64,000 nt of DNA from an uncultured Collinsella sp. (GTDB taxonomy: Bacteria; Actinomycetota; Coriobacteriia; Coriobacteriales; Coriobacteriaceae). The translations under genes and the position numbers were made by a program. The stretch spans positions 985 to 64,984 of the forward strand of contig CAJLUE010000004.1 in the NCBI GenBank assembly GCA_905209765.1, read 5' to 3'. A model generated the notes under the pieces. The model did no database searches and was not told the origin of the DNA. It worked only from the letters and a program-made list of their open reading frames with translations. This document shows positions 1-9,349 of the stretch, piece after piece (position 1 is the stretch's first letter; each line of letters begins with the position of its first letter).

Positions 1-877
1 GCCACTCAAAGCATAGCGCCGTGGTCGCCTGGGCAACATTGAGGCTCTCGGTCATGCCGCGCTGGGGAAGCTTAGTCAAAAAGTCGCATTTCTCGAGCAC
101 AAGACGCGAGATGCCGTCGCCCTCGGAGCCCATGACGAGCGCAACGCGGCCCTCGAAGGGAGCATCCCAGCAACTGCCTTCGGCGTGCTCGGAGGCGCCG
201 CCCACCCAAAAGCCGGCGGCCTTGAGGTCATCGAGCGCACGGGCGATATTGGGAACCTGCGCGATGGGCAGGTGCATGACGGCGCCGGCAGAAGTCTTGT
301 AGCTGCCGACGGTCACACCGGCGGCGCGCTTGTTGGCAATGATGACGCCCGCCGCGCCCACGACCTCGGCGGAGCGCACGATGGCGCCAAAGTTGCCGTC
401 GTCGGTCACATGGTCGAGCACGACGACGAGCGCCGGACCGTCGCCCGCATGGTCGAGGATATCGGCAACATCGGCATAGGGGAAGTTGCCAACCTCGAGC
501 GCAATGCCCTGGTGAGCGCCATGGCTCGACAGCGCATCGAGCTGCGCGCGCGGCACATACTTAATGCGGACGCCCGCGGCGTTGAGGTCGTCGACCAGGC
601 GCGACAAGGCGGCATCGCGCTCCCCGCCCTCGGCAATGAGCGCGCACTTGACGGGAAAGCCGGTACGCAGCGCCTCGGCGGCAGCACGGCGACCTTCGAT
701 AAACTCGCCCTTGGGAGCCTGGACAGCGTCGCGGTTGCGATCGTGCTGCGGACGTGGGGCCTGGGAGCGCTCGCGCTGGCCCTTGGGAGTGGCAGCGCGG
801 TCGTTGCGGCGAATCGGACGCGAGCCAGAAGCGGCCTGCTTGCCGCCACGAGACGCACGCTTGCGATTGTCGGCCAT
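1..877 (-). CDS. rlmB: 23S rRNA (Gm2251) 2'-O-methyltransferase RlmB, TrmH/SpoU family; runs off the window start
   Basis: Not in the ORF track because no stop lies in the window. Manual translation from ATG 877 (RBS AGGAGG): MADNRKR...LVVVLDHVTDDGNFGAIVRSAEVVG...VMGSEGDGI...ESLNVAQA, which are SpoU motifs. It follows cysS as usual. Confidence 0.9.
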   Translation of the reverse strand, partial: MADNRKRASRGGKQAASGSRPIRRNDRAATPKGQRERSQAPRPQHDRNRDAVQAPKGEFIEGRRAAAEALRTGFPVKCALIAEGGERDAALSRLVDDLNAAGVRIKYVPRAQLDALSSHGAHQGIALEVGNFPYADVADILDHAGDGPALVVVLDHVTDDGNFGAIVRSAEVVGAAGVIIANKRAAGVTVGSYKTSAGAVMHLPIAQVPNIARALDDLKAAGFWVGGASEHAEGSCWDAPFEGRVALVMGSEGDGISRLVLEKCDFLTKLPQRGMTESLNVAQATTALCFEW

Positions 878-1020
878 AAAGCGGCCTCCTTAAATAGATA
901 ACGAACAAGAATCGACCGTCCGAGCCACGGCACCTTGCCTTTCAATCGTCGGGCATGACCACCAGGTCTATGCCCTCCTCTTTCAAGGCAATCTGCCGCA
1001 CCTCGAACGGTCAACAAATA

Positions 1021-2487
1021 CTAGAGAGTCTTAATACGGGTACCTGCGGCCGTATCTTCAATCGTCAGGCCCAGGTCCTTGAGCTGGTCGCGGATGGCGT
1101 CGGCCAGATCCCAGTTCTTGGCGGCGCGGGCCTCGGCGCGGGCCTCGAGAATCTTGGCAGCGGCCTCGTCCACGTCGTCGCCCGTGTAGGCGACCAGGCC
1201 GGCAGCAACGCCTAGCAGACCCAGCGGCAGCTCGACCTTGGGCTCGGGGAGCTCAACGCCAAGCGTATCGAGCAGCTCGGCCAGCGTGTCGGCGGCGGCA
1301 AGCGCGGCGGCCTTGTCGGCAGCGTCGCCCGCCTGCTCCAAGTACTGGTTGCACTCGGTCACAAAGCCAAAGACGGCACCCATGGCACCAGCGGTGTTAA
1401 AGTCGTCGTCCATGCACTCCTTAAAGGCAGCACGAGTCTCAGCGGCCTTGGCGGCAAATGCCTCGGCGGCAGCCACATCGGCATCGGCCGTCGCATGGTT
1501 CGCGGCCCAGCGCAGGTTCTCGACCGTACCGGCGATACGCGTGAGCGAGTTCTCGGCACCCTCCAGGCGCTCCCAAGAAAAGTCAAGCGGCGAGCGATAG
1601 CTCGTCTGCAGCATCAGCAGGCGCAGGGCGGCAGCGGAGTGCTGCTCGAGCACCTCGGCCAGCGTAAAGAAGTTTCCGAGCGACTTGGACATCTTCTCAC
1701 CGTCTACCAGCAGCATGCCCGTGTGCATCCAGGTGTTGGAGAAGCCCTGGTGCCAGGCGCAGGTGGCCTGGGCGCACTCGTTCTCGTGATGCGGGAAGGC
1801 AAGGTCGGAGCCGCCGCCGTGGATGTCGATCGGAGTGCCCAGGTAGCGATGCACCATGGCGGCGCACTCGGTGTGCCAACCGGGACGGCCCTCGCCCCAG
1901 GGGCTCGGCCAGCTGGGCTCGCCGGGCTTGGCGGCCTTCCACAGGGCAAAGTCGAGCGGGTCGTTCTTGTCCTCGTTCTCCTCGATGCGCGCACCCACCA
2001 TCAGGTCGTCGATGTTGCGGCCCGAGACCTGACCATAGTTGGGATCGCTGCGCACGGCAAAGTACACATCGCCGTTATCGGCTGCGTAAGCGTGGCCCTG
2101 CTCGATAAGCGTCTTGATCATGGCGATCATGGGGCCGATCTCCTTGGTGGCGCGGGGGCGCACATCGGGATCGAGCACGTTGGCGGCGCGCATGACGCCG
2201 ATGAACTTGTCCGAGAACTCCGTCGCGACCTCGGCAGCCGTACGGCCCTGCTCGTTGGCGCGCTTGATGATCTTGTCATCGACATCGGTGAGGTTCTGGG
2301 CGAACGTGACCTCGTAGCCGCTCGCGATGAGCCAGCGACGAATCACATCGAAGCTGATGAACGTGCGGGCATTGCCGATGTGAATATTGTCGTAGACCGT
2401 GGGGCCGCACACGTACATGCGGACCTTGCCGGACTCGATGGGCTGGAACTCTTCCTTTTTATGGGTAGCGCTGTTGTAGATACGCAT
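1021..2487 (-). CDS. cysS: Cysteine--tRNA ligase
   Basis: MYVCGPTVY, HIGN, GRPGWHTEC, DIHGGG.DL.FPHHENE, KMSKS motifs. Confidence 0.98.
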   Translation of the reverse strand: MRIYNSATHKKEEFQPIESGKVRMYVCGPTVYDNIHIGNARTFISFDVIRRWLIASGYEVTFAQNLTDVDDKIIKRANEQGRTAAEVATEFSDKFIGVMRAANVLDPDVRPRATKEIGPMIAMIKTLIEQGHAYAADNGDVYFAVRSDPNYGQVSGRNIDDLMVGARIEENEDKNDPLDFALWKAAKPGEPSWPSPWGEGRPGWHTECAAMVHRYLGTPIDIHGGGSDLAFPHHENECAQATCAWHQGFSNTWMHTGMLLVDGEKMSKSLGNFFTLAEVLEQHSAAALRLLMLQTSYRSPLDFSWERLEGAENSLTRIAGTVENLRWAANHATADADVAAAEAFAAKAAETRAAFKECMDDDFNTAGAMGAVFGFVTECNQYLEQAGDAADKAAALAAADTLAELLDTLGVELPEPKVELPLGLLGVAAGLVAYTGDDVDEAAAKILEARAEARAAKNWDLADAIRDQLKDLGLTIEDTAAGTRIKTL

Positions 2488-2490
2488 TCG

Positions 2491-2985
2491 TTACTCCTTA
2501 ACGGTTTTCTGTAGCAGGCAGACGGCCCAGGCGCCGATTCCCTCGCCCTGGCCTTCCCAACCGAGCTTTTCGGTCGTGGTGGCGGCGACGCCCACATTTT
2601 CGACGTCAACGCCCAGGGCATGGGCAAGGTTGGCGCGCATGGCATCGCGGTGCGGGGTGATCTTGGGTTGCTGACAGGCAATGGTGCAGTCGGCATCGAC
2701 AAACTCAAAGCCCAGATCGCGCGCATAGTCCATCACGCGAGCGAGCAGCACCATCGAATCGGCACCCTCGTAGGCGGGATCGGTGTCGGGGAATAGCTTG
2801 CCGATGTCTCCCCCGCGGCAGGCGCCCAGAATGGCGTCGGCCAAGGCGTGCGCGAGCACATCGGCATCCGAGTGGCCCAGCAGGCCGCGCTCGTAGGGAA
2901 TGTCGACCCCGCCGATGATACATCGACGCCCCTCCACCAGACGGTGAACGTCGTAGCCGTGTCCAATGCGCAGGTTACTGAACAT
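2491..2985 (-). CDS. ispF: 2-C-methyl-D-erythritol 2,4-cyclodiphosphate synthase
   Basis: RIGHGYDVH, GHSDADVL.HA, GDIG.LFPD, ATTTEKLG motifs. Confidence 0.97.
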   Translation of the reverse strand: MFSNLRIGHGYDVHRLVEGRRCIIGGVDIPYERGLLGHSDADVLAHALADAILGACRGGDIGKLFPDTDPAYEGADSMVLLARVMDYARDLGFEFVDADCTIACQQPKITPHRDAMRANLAHALGVDVENVGVAATTTEKLGWEGQGEGIGAWAVCLLQKTVKE

Positions 2986-3703
2986 GGGGAAGGTCCTCTC
3001 CCTCGGCCATACGGCCGAGCAGAATCGCGGTTACGGGACGCAGGTCCTCGGGCACCGTCACCTTAAGGTTATCGCGCGGGCTCTGAACGCAGCGGACGCG
3101 CCCACCCATGCGCTCGACCAGCGAAGAATCGTCGGTCCCGATAAAGCCCTCGGTAATCGCCGCGGCATGGGCGCGCTTCATGGCGTCTACGCTAAAGATT
3201 TGCGGCGTCTGCGCGGCCCAATAGAGCTCGCGCGGCGGCGTCTCGACGATATTATCGCCGTCGACGATCTTGAGCGTGTCGATCGCAGGCTGGCCGCACA
3301 CGACACCGTCGAGAGCACGGTCGCCCACGAGCACGTCGATAGCGTGGTCGATGGCCTCGGTGGTAATGAGCGGACGAGCGCCGTCGTGGATGGCGACATA
3401 TTCGAAACCCGCCGGAACCGCATGCACGCCGGCACGAGTGGAATCCTGACGGGTATCGCCGGCATCGGCAAAGCTGATGGGCGTGTCATAGTCAAACGGG
3501 TCGATGGCCAGGCGGCGCATCTCGGCACGGCGCTCGGCAGGACAAACCACGACGATGTGGCCGACCTTATCGCTACGATCGAACGCGCGGATGGACCAGC
3601 TCATGAGCGGACGGCCCGCCACGTTAACGAGCTGCTTGCCGCCGGGATTACCAAAGCGCTGGCCGCTGCCACCGGCAACGACCACGGCGCATACGGGCGC
3701 CAT
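2975..3703 (-). CDS. ispD: 2-C-methyl-D-erythritol 4-phosphate cytidylyltransferase
   Basis: AGGSGQRFG...KQ, RQDS, IHDGARP, AQTPQ, TDD, NLKVT.PED motifs. Confidence 0.97.
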   Translation of the reverse strand: MAPVCAVVVAGGSGQRFGNPGGKQLVNVAGRPLMSWSIRAFDRSDKVGHIVVVCPAERRAEMRRLAIDPFDYDTPISFADAGDTRQDSTRAGVHAVPAGFEYVAIHDGARPLITTEAIDHAIDVLVGDRALDGVVCGQPAIDTLKIVDGDNIVETPPRELYWAAQTPQIFSVDAMKRAHAAAITEGFIGTDDSSLVERMGGRVRCVQSPRDNLKVTVPEDLRPVTAILLGRMAEGEDLPHVQ

Positions 3704-4770
3704 TATGCGTTCCCCTGTTTGGTGCCCTTCATGCGGTACAGCGAGTCCGCAAGAATGGCAGGGTTGTTGACGCCAAAGTCGCCCAGGCGCTCCGGATCCT
3801 CGCTGATGTCGTCCATGAGCTCTTGCAGCGAGCCGTACTCGTCGACGATCTTCTCGGCCACGCCGTCGCGTACGACGGACACTCGCGAAAGCGTGCGCAG
3901 GCCCAGCGGCGTCATGACGGAGTCCTCGTCCAGGTCGTCATAGCCCAGAACTGCCGCCACATGCTGCGGGTCGGACAGGTCCTTAGGCGTCATGCGAGCG
4001 AGCTCTGCACGAATCTTCTCGGCGTTTGCCTCGGAGGAATCGCTCGCGTAGTCGCGGATCATCAGGTCGTATTCGGTATCCATGCTGGAACCGGCGAGCT
4101 GCTCGAGCTGCATCTGCACGAGCTTGCCCTGGTTGCCCAGCTTGACGATGCAATCCTTAAGCTCGGTCTTTGCTTGCTGCATGATCTCGAAGCTCGAGAA
4201 AATACCGGTAATGTCGGCGAGCGTAACGTAGTCGTCGAGCTCGAGGGCCGTCAGGCGCAGCAGGGAGCGGTCGAGCGACTGACGAGTAGTCTGAAGCGTG
4301 GCGACGAGCTGGTTGACCGAGCTCATGATGGTGGTGACGGGCTGGATCTCGTAGCTCTTGCCGTGAACGTACACGTTAACGACGGCACGACGGGCCGAGA
4401 CCGAGATCACGATGGCATCGGTGAGCACCGACATGCGAGCGGCGGTGCGGTGACGCATGCCCGTCTCGCTCGTGGCAAGCGAGGGATCGGGATTGAGGTG
4501 GAAGTTGGCGCGCAGGATCTGGGTGAGGTCGCCGTCGATGACGATGGCACCGTCCATCTTGGAGAGCTCGAACAGACGGTTCGAGGTGAACGAAATGTTG
4601 AGCGGGAAGCCGTCGTTACCGGCAGCGAGCACGTTTTCGGTGTCGCCGACGCAGATAAGGGCGCCCAGGTGACCGGCGATGATCATGTCGAGGGCGGTGC
4701 GGATCGGCTGACCAGGTGCCGTCAGGCGGATGGCCTGTTCCATACGCTTTTGCAGCTCGTTCTTATCCAA
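3703..4770 (-). CDS. disA: DNA integrity scanning diadenylate cyclase DisA
   Basis: APG..R, ELSKMDGA and ETGMRHRTA DAC motifs, followed by a linker and a C-terminal HhH region; TTG start. Confidence 0.93.
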   Translation of the reverse strand: MDKNELQKRMEQAIRLTAPGQPIRTALDMIIAGHLGALICVGDTENVLAAGNDGFPLNISFTSNRLFELSKMDGAIVIDGDLTQILRANFHLNPDPSLATSETGMRHRTAARMSVLTDAIVISVSARRAVVNVYVHGKSYEIQPVTTIMSSVNQLVATLQTTRQSLDRSLLRLTALELDDYVTLADITGIFSSFEIMQQAKTELKDCIVKLGNQGKLVQMQLEQLAGSSMDTEYDLMIRDYASDSSEANAEKIRAELARMTPKDLSDPQHVAAVLGYDDLDEDSVMTPLGLRTLSRVSVVRDGVAEKIVDEYGSLQELMDDISEDPERLGDFGVNNPAILADSLYRMKGTKQGNA

Positions 4771-4924
4771 GGCATCGCTCCCATCGTATACGCTCCATAA
4801 ACGCTAAATAGTTTCTCACGGTTTGTCCCCGCGGCGCTTGCGAAATCCGATGCTTACAGAATGAGCGAACACAGCTGAGAGCCCAACCCAAATGGGCTGC
4901 TTATGTGGTAGCATCGGGATTCGC

Positions 4925-5063
4925 ATAAATGAGGGAGTAGTCGCGTGATCGGGTTCGCCTCCGGTGGCGCGGCAAGTCAACATACTGGCCGAAACGGTCT
5001 GGCTTGCCTTAATGAACGAGACTCGTGGCTGTGCGCGCAACGCGTACGCCACGGGTCTTTTTT
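4925..5063 (+). promoter_or_regulatory. yybP-ykoY (Mn2+-sensing) riboswitch with a terminator-like expression platform
   Basis: GGGAGTAG (4933), GTCAACATAC (4976), TGG and GAGAC (5018) consensus blocks; hairpin 5018-5059 followed by a T run; directly upstream of mntP. Confidence 0.9.
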
Positions 5064-5116
5064 GTTACTCCCCCAAGAGGTACACGCGGGCCCGCCCGCA
5101 GAGAGGGAGCCAGACT

Positions 5117-5695
5117 ATGGGACTCGCAGAGCTCGTGTTGCTCGCCGTTGGCCTTTCGATGGACGCCTTTGCCGTTTCCATCTGCAAAGGTCTCGGCATG
5201 AAAAAGATCAACCTTAAAGTCGCCGTGGTGCTCGGCCTGTTCTTTGGCGGCTTTCAGGCCGGCATGCCCGTAATCGGATGGGCGCTTGGCAGCCAGTTTA
5301 TGGGCATCATCGGCCCCATCGACCACTGGATCGCCTTTATCCTGCTCGCCTTCATCGGCGGCAAAATGCTGTGGGAGGCCTTTGCCGAGGACGAGGATGA
5401 AGGCGACGGCAAGGATGCCGAAAAGATTGACCTGGTCGAGTACCTGATCCTCGCTATCGCCACCTCAATCGACGCCCTAGCCGTGGGCATCTCATTTGCC
5501 GCGCTCTCGGTCGACATCGTGCCCGCTGTATCGCTTATCGGCGTCACAACGTTTATCTTCTCCGTTGCCGGTGTGGCGATTGGCCACACCTTTGGTGCGC
5601 GCTACGAAAAGCCCGCCACCATCGTGGGCGGCGTCGTGCTCATCCTTATCGGCCTCAAGATTCTGCTGGAACACTTGGGTTTTTTGGCGCTGTAA
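5117..5695 (+). CDS. mntP: Manganese efflux pump MntP
   Basis: LSMDAFAVS and ATSIDALAVG repeats, 6 TM segments; start moved to ATG 5117 after GGGAG. Confidence 0.95.
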   Translation: MGLAELVLLAVGLSMDAFAVSICKGLGMKKINLKVAVVLGLFFGGFQAGMPVIGWALGSQFMGIIGPIDHWIAFILLAFIGGKMLWEAFAEDEDEGDGKDAEKIDLVEYLILAIATSIDALAVGISFAALSVDIVPAVSLIGVTTFIFSVAGVAIGHTFGARYEKPATIVGGVVLILIGLKILLEHLGFLAL

Positions 5696-5730
5696 AACAC
5701 CCTTCAAAACTAAACGTCCGGGCAAGGTCT

Positions 5731-5802
5731 CATGCAGAGTTTTGCATGAGGCCTTTTCATGCAGACTTTTGCATGTCATACTGATATGCAAAAGTCTGCA
5801 CG
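5731..5802. promoter_or_regulatory. Three palindromic operators (TGCA-N6-TGCA) upstream of the hipB-like gene
   Basis: catgcagagttttgcatg (5731), catgcagacttttgcatg (5758), tatgcaaaagtctgcacg (5785); 27-bp period. Confidence 0.75.
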
Positions 5803-5815
5803 TTAGGAGATCGAC

Positions 5816-6247
5816 GTGGATACCCTTCCCATCACCACACCGCGCCAAGCTGGCATCTACGTGCGCCAGTCACGCGAGTCGCAGGGAATCACCCGTGCGA
5901 CCCTCGCTAAAAAGGCCGGTGTTTCGGAGCGCCTGCTCGCATCGCTCGAGCTGGGCGACGCCACCGGCATTCGACTCGACAAGTTGCTGACCGTCTTTAA
6001 CGCACTCGGCATAGGTCTCTTCGCGCAAAGCGATAACGACTCCATCACATCGCCCTCCGAACATCCGACGACGATAGTGAACCTCCCTATCGCGAACTCG
6101 AATACCCTGCCAAAGCCAAGCGTAGGCAGACAACCCACTCGACAAGGAACGCCATCTTCCTATGGTGCCTTGCTGGCCCAAATCGCAGCCGAGCAAGGCC
6201 TTTCCGGCACTTCAAACCTCTCCTTTGGCTGCAAGGTTGTGAAATAA
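5816..6247 (+). CDS. XRE-family HTH antitoxin, HipB-like
   Basis: VRQSRESQGITRATLAKKAGVSERLLASLELG is an HTH_3-like region; GTG start with RBS AGGAG; abuts hipA. Confidence 0.85.
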   Translation: MDTLPITTPRQAGIYVRQSRESQGITRATLAKKAGVSERLLASLELGDATGIRLDKLLTVFNALGIGLFAQSDNDSITSPSEHPTTIVNLPIANSNTLPKPSVGRQPTRQGTPSSYGALLAQIAAEQGLSGTSNLSFGCKVVK

Positions 6248-7552
6248 ATGGCAGAGATGGAACTCGCGACCCTCATTTGTGGCGAAATCGCCGGCACTCT
6301 CCGGCAAGACGAGCATGGACTCTGCAGCTTTGCATACGCCCCAACCTATCGCGGAGCACCGTTATCGCTAACAATGCCGCTTTCCAATCGCACGTATGGC
6401 CATAACATCGTCCGCCCGTTCCTATTTGGCCTTTTGCCCGACAGTCAAGAGCAGCGTCGCGCTATTGCCACCGAGCATGATGTTGCATCCAACAACCCCG
6501 TCGCCCTCTTGTGCCATATCGGTTTTGACTGCGCGGGGGCCGTTCAGTTTTGTCGAGCCGATCAATTAGACGCCGCCCGCGGCAGGGTCTCGGCATACCG
6601 CCCGCTTACCAATTCTCAAATCGCTCACAAGCTCAAAGCAATTCGCGATGACGAAAGAGAAACATGGATGGGCTCCAACGAAAGCTGGTCCCTGGGCGGC
6701 AACCAAGGCAAATTTGCACTAGCTTGGCATGATGGACAATGGTGCGAATGTCTAGGGTCATCCCCCACTACCCATATCTTCAAAAATGGTGTCGTTGGGT
6801 TCAAACATCAGGCCTTAAACGAATTCGTCTGCATGAAAACAGCTCGGCGTGTTGGCATTCCAACTGCCAACGTCTCCTATTGCACATTTGAAGACGAAGC
6901 CGCGCTCGTCGTTGAACGGTACGACAGAATGGTCAATAGCAGCGGAAATATCGAAAGGCTGCATCAGGAGGACTTTTGCCAGGCGCTCGGTGTATTGCCA
7001 ACCCAGAAATACACCGCCGACGGAGGACCAACTACACGAGACATCCAAGAACGACTGATTAACACAGTCCCCCACCACATGAATCTTGTGCTTTTTACCT
7101 ATATGCTGTTCTATAACGCCATTATCGGAGCGCCTGACGCACACGCTAAAAACTACTCGCTCATCCTTGGCAAAGGCACAAACGCGGCGCTCGCACCCAT
7201 GTACGATGTCGCATCGGGCTTAGTATACGAACGCATGCGGCGAAAAGCGCGCCTTGCCATGAGCGTTGGCGGCGAAAATCGTGTGGGGCGCATCGGTCCA
7301 GGCGCTATCCGCCGATACCACGGTATGGGCGACCCCGCGCTGGAGGCGGCGCTCACCGATGCCGGGCTATCCGAGAAGTTTTGCTTTGCGACCATGATGG
7401 ACCTCGCCTACGAGGTGCCCATTTGTATGGAAGAGGTCATGGACGAATACGCCGACCTGCCCGGCATGGCGGACCTGCGCGAGCATATGCTCGGCCCCGT
7501 CCGCGAAAACTGCCAGCGCACCCTCGACCTCATCAAGGCGGATATGGGCTAG
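6248..7552 (+). CDS. hipA: HipA-family serine/threonine kinase toxin
   Basis: N-terminal couple domain (PLSLTMP, FLFGLLPD), SLGGNQGK P-loop, HQEDFCQ, DAHAKNYS, LAPMYDV. Confidence 0.93.
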   Translation: MAEMELATLICGEIAGTLRQDEHGLCSFAYAPTYRGAPLSLTMPLSNRTYGHNIVRPFLFGLLPDSQEQRRAIATEHDVASNNPVALLCHIGFDCAGAVQFCRADQLDAARGRVSAYRPLTNSQIAHKLKAIRDDERETWMGSNESWSLGGNQGKFALAWHDGQWCECLGSSPTTHIFKNGVVGFKHQALNEFVCMKTARRVGIPTANVSYCTFEDEAALVVERYDRMVNSSGNIERLHQEDFCQALGVLPTQKYTADGGPTTRDIQERLINTVPHHMNLVLFTYMLFYNAIIGAPDAHAKNYSLILGKGTNAALAPMYDVASGLVYERMRRKARLAMSVGGENRVGRIGPGAIRRYHGMGDPALEAALTDAGLSEKFCFATMMDLAYEVPICMEEVMDEYADLPGMADLREHMLGPVRENCQRTLDLIKADMG

Positions 7553-7584
7553 ACGCCAATCAATTTCCCATTTCTTAAAAAAGA

Positions 7585-7621
7585 GAGGGGGCACCCGTCG
7601 CAAAAGCTCGGGTGCCCCCTC
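7585..7621. terminator. Terminator hairpin between convergent hipA and pepD
   Basis: gagggggcacccg / cgggtgccccctc 13-bp stem, with an A run on the left (T run on the minus strand). Confidence 0.7.
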
Positions 7622-7678
7622 ACGTAATGTCATTTGCAATCCACCCGCACGTGGCTCGGACTGCTGCTAGCGCAACCT

Positions 7679-9136
7679 TTATGCAGCGAGGCGCTTGAGG
7701 ACGTCGATGAGCAGCTCGTAGAAGCGCTCGGCAGAAGCGAGCTCCATGCTCTCGTCCGGGGTGTGGACATCGGAGAGCGTCGGGCCCACGGCGATGGCGT
7801 CCAGGCCGTGCAGGGCCTCGGCAAACAGGCCGCACTCAAGGCCGGCGTGGATGGACTCGATACGCAGCTCGGAGCCAAAGAGCTCGCGATAGCTCTCGAC
7901 AAAGACGTCGCGGACCGGCGAATGCTCGGCATAGCTCCAGCCAGGATACTCGAACTCAAACTTGGCGTCGAAGCCCAGGACATCGGCAAGCGTCTGCAGG
8001 CGGTCCTTGAACTCGTTCTGCAGCGAGGTGATCGAGGAGCGCGGGGACAGCATGATCTTGACCTGGTCGTCAGAGGTGGCAACCACACCGATGTTGGAGG
8101 AAACCTCGACGGAGCCGTCAGTGGCGACGTTGCGGCGGATCACACCGTTGGGGGCAAGACGCAGAGCGCGAATAAGGGCAAGTGCGGACTTTTCGTCCAT
8201 GGCCTCGACCTCAGTGTTGTCGGCAATCTCAACCGTGCAGGTAAAGCCGGGGTCGAAGACCTCGAGCTCGGCGGTGACGTCGGCGATGATGCCCTTTGCG
8301 ATCTGGGTCGCGGCCTCGGCGGCAGCGTGGTCGGCGTAGACCAGAACAGCCTTGCACTCACGGTTGATGGCGTTGTCCTTGGTGCCGCCGTTAAAGCTAA
8401 CGATGGCGGGCTCGCCGGCAACCATCAGGCGGTCGATGATGCGGGCCATGATGAGGTTGCCGTTGCCGCGCTCCAGGTTGATATCGCTGCCGGAGTGGCC
8501 GCCCAGCAGGCCGGAGATGTCGAGCGTGAGGGTGCTACCGGTCTTGTGCTCGCGTACGATTGGGCAGGTGTAGGTAACGACGACACCGCCGGCGCAGCTG
8601 ACGGTAGCAACGCCCTCTTCCTCGGAGTCAAGGTTAATCATGGTGCGGGCGCTAATCTGGGACTTGTCGAGCGTCTCGGCGCCGACCAGGCCAGTCTCCT
8701 CGTCGGTGGTGAATACGCACTCGAGGGCGGGGTGAACGATCGAATCGTCATCGAGAACAGTGAGCATCAGAGCGACGGCAATACCGTTGTCGGCGCCCAG
8801 AGTGGTGCCATTAGCGGTGAGGACGCCGTCCTTGACGACCAGGTCGATACCATCGGTCGTAAAGTCGTGCTCAACGGAGCCCAGCTTGTCGCACACCATG
8901 TCGATGTGGCCCTGCAGCATCACGGTCGGGGCATTCTCGGCGCCGGCAGATGCGGGCTTGCGAATGATGACGTTGTAGACCTCGTCCTGATACACATCGA
9001 GACCGCGCTCCTTGGCAAACGCGACCAGGAAATCGCTGATGCCCTTCTCGTTGCCAGACCCACGGGGGATCGCGCTGACCTCCTCAAAGAAATGGAACAG
9101 CTGGGCGGGCTCGTAGCCGGTAATCTTGTAGTCCAT
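7679..9136 (-). CDS. pepD: Aminoacyl-histidine dipeptidase PepD (M20C)
   Basis: IPRGSGNE, LQGHIDMV, TTLGADNGI, TTDEETGL, NLDSEE, GGHSG, IHAGLECG, HTPDE; start set at MDYKIT with RBS AAGGAGG. Confidence 0.93.
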   Translation of the reverse strand: MDYKITGYEPAQLFHFFEEVSAIPRGSGNEKGISDFLVAFAKERGLDVYQDEVYNVIIRKPASAGAENAPTVMLQGHIDMVCDKLGSVEHDFTTDGIDLVVKDGVLTANGTTLGADNGIAVALMLTVLDDDSIVHPALECVFTTDEETGLVGAETLDKSQISARTMINLDSEEEGVATVSCAGGVVVTYTCPIVREHKTGSTLTLDISGLLGGHSGSDINLERGNGNLIMARIIDRLMVAGEPAIVSFNGGTKDNAINRECKAVLVYADHAAAEAATQIAKGIIADVTAELEVFDPGFTCTVEIADNTEVEAMDEKSALALIRALRLAPNGVIRRNVATDGSVEVSSNIGVVATSDDQVKIMLSPRSSITSLQNEFKDRLQTLADVLGFDAKFEFEYPGWSYAEHSPVRDVFVESYRELFGSELRIESIHAGLECGLFAEALHGLDAIAVGPTLSDVHTPDESMELASAERFYELLIDVLKRLAA

Positions 9137-9349
9137 GGTGCCTCCTTGGCGCAACTGGTTAGACAGTAAGACATGCGACTTGTATATTCCCAGACTTTGC
9201 GTGCATAAACCAGTCGAAAACGCCGAGCGCCCTCGCATCATCGGCTAACGGTGGACCGCATAGCATAACGGTCACAACTTCGCAGTTCTACAAATCGAGG
9301 CGCCCTTGCCAGAGCGCCTCGATTGCGCGTATCAAATTGTCGCCACGCC

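Noticed and set aside
185..1017. ORF-track calls 185-901 (+) and 406-1017 (-)
   Set aside because: The real gene is rlmB in another minus frame (ATG 877), missed because it runs off the window.
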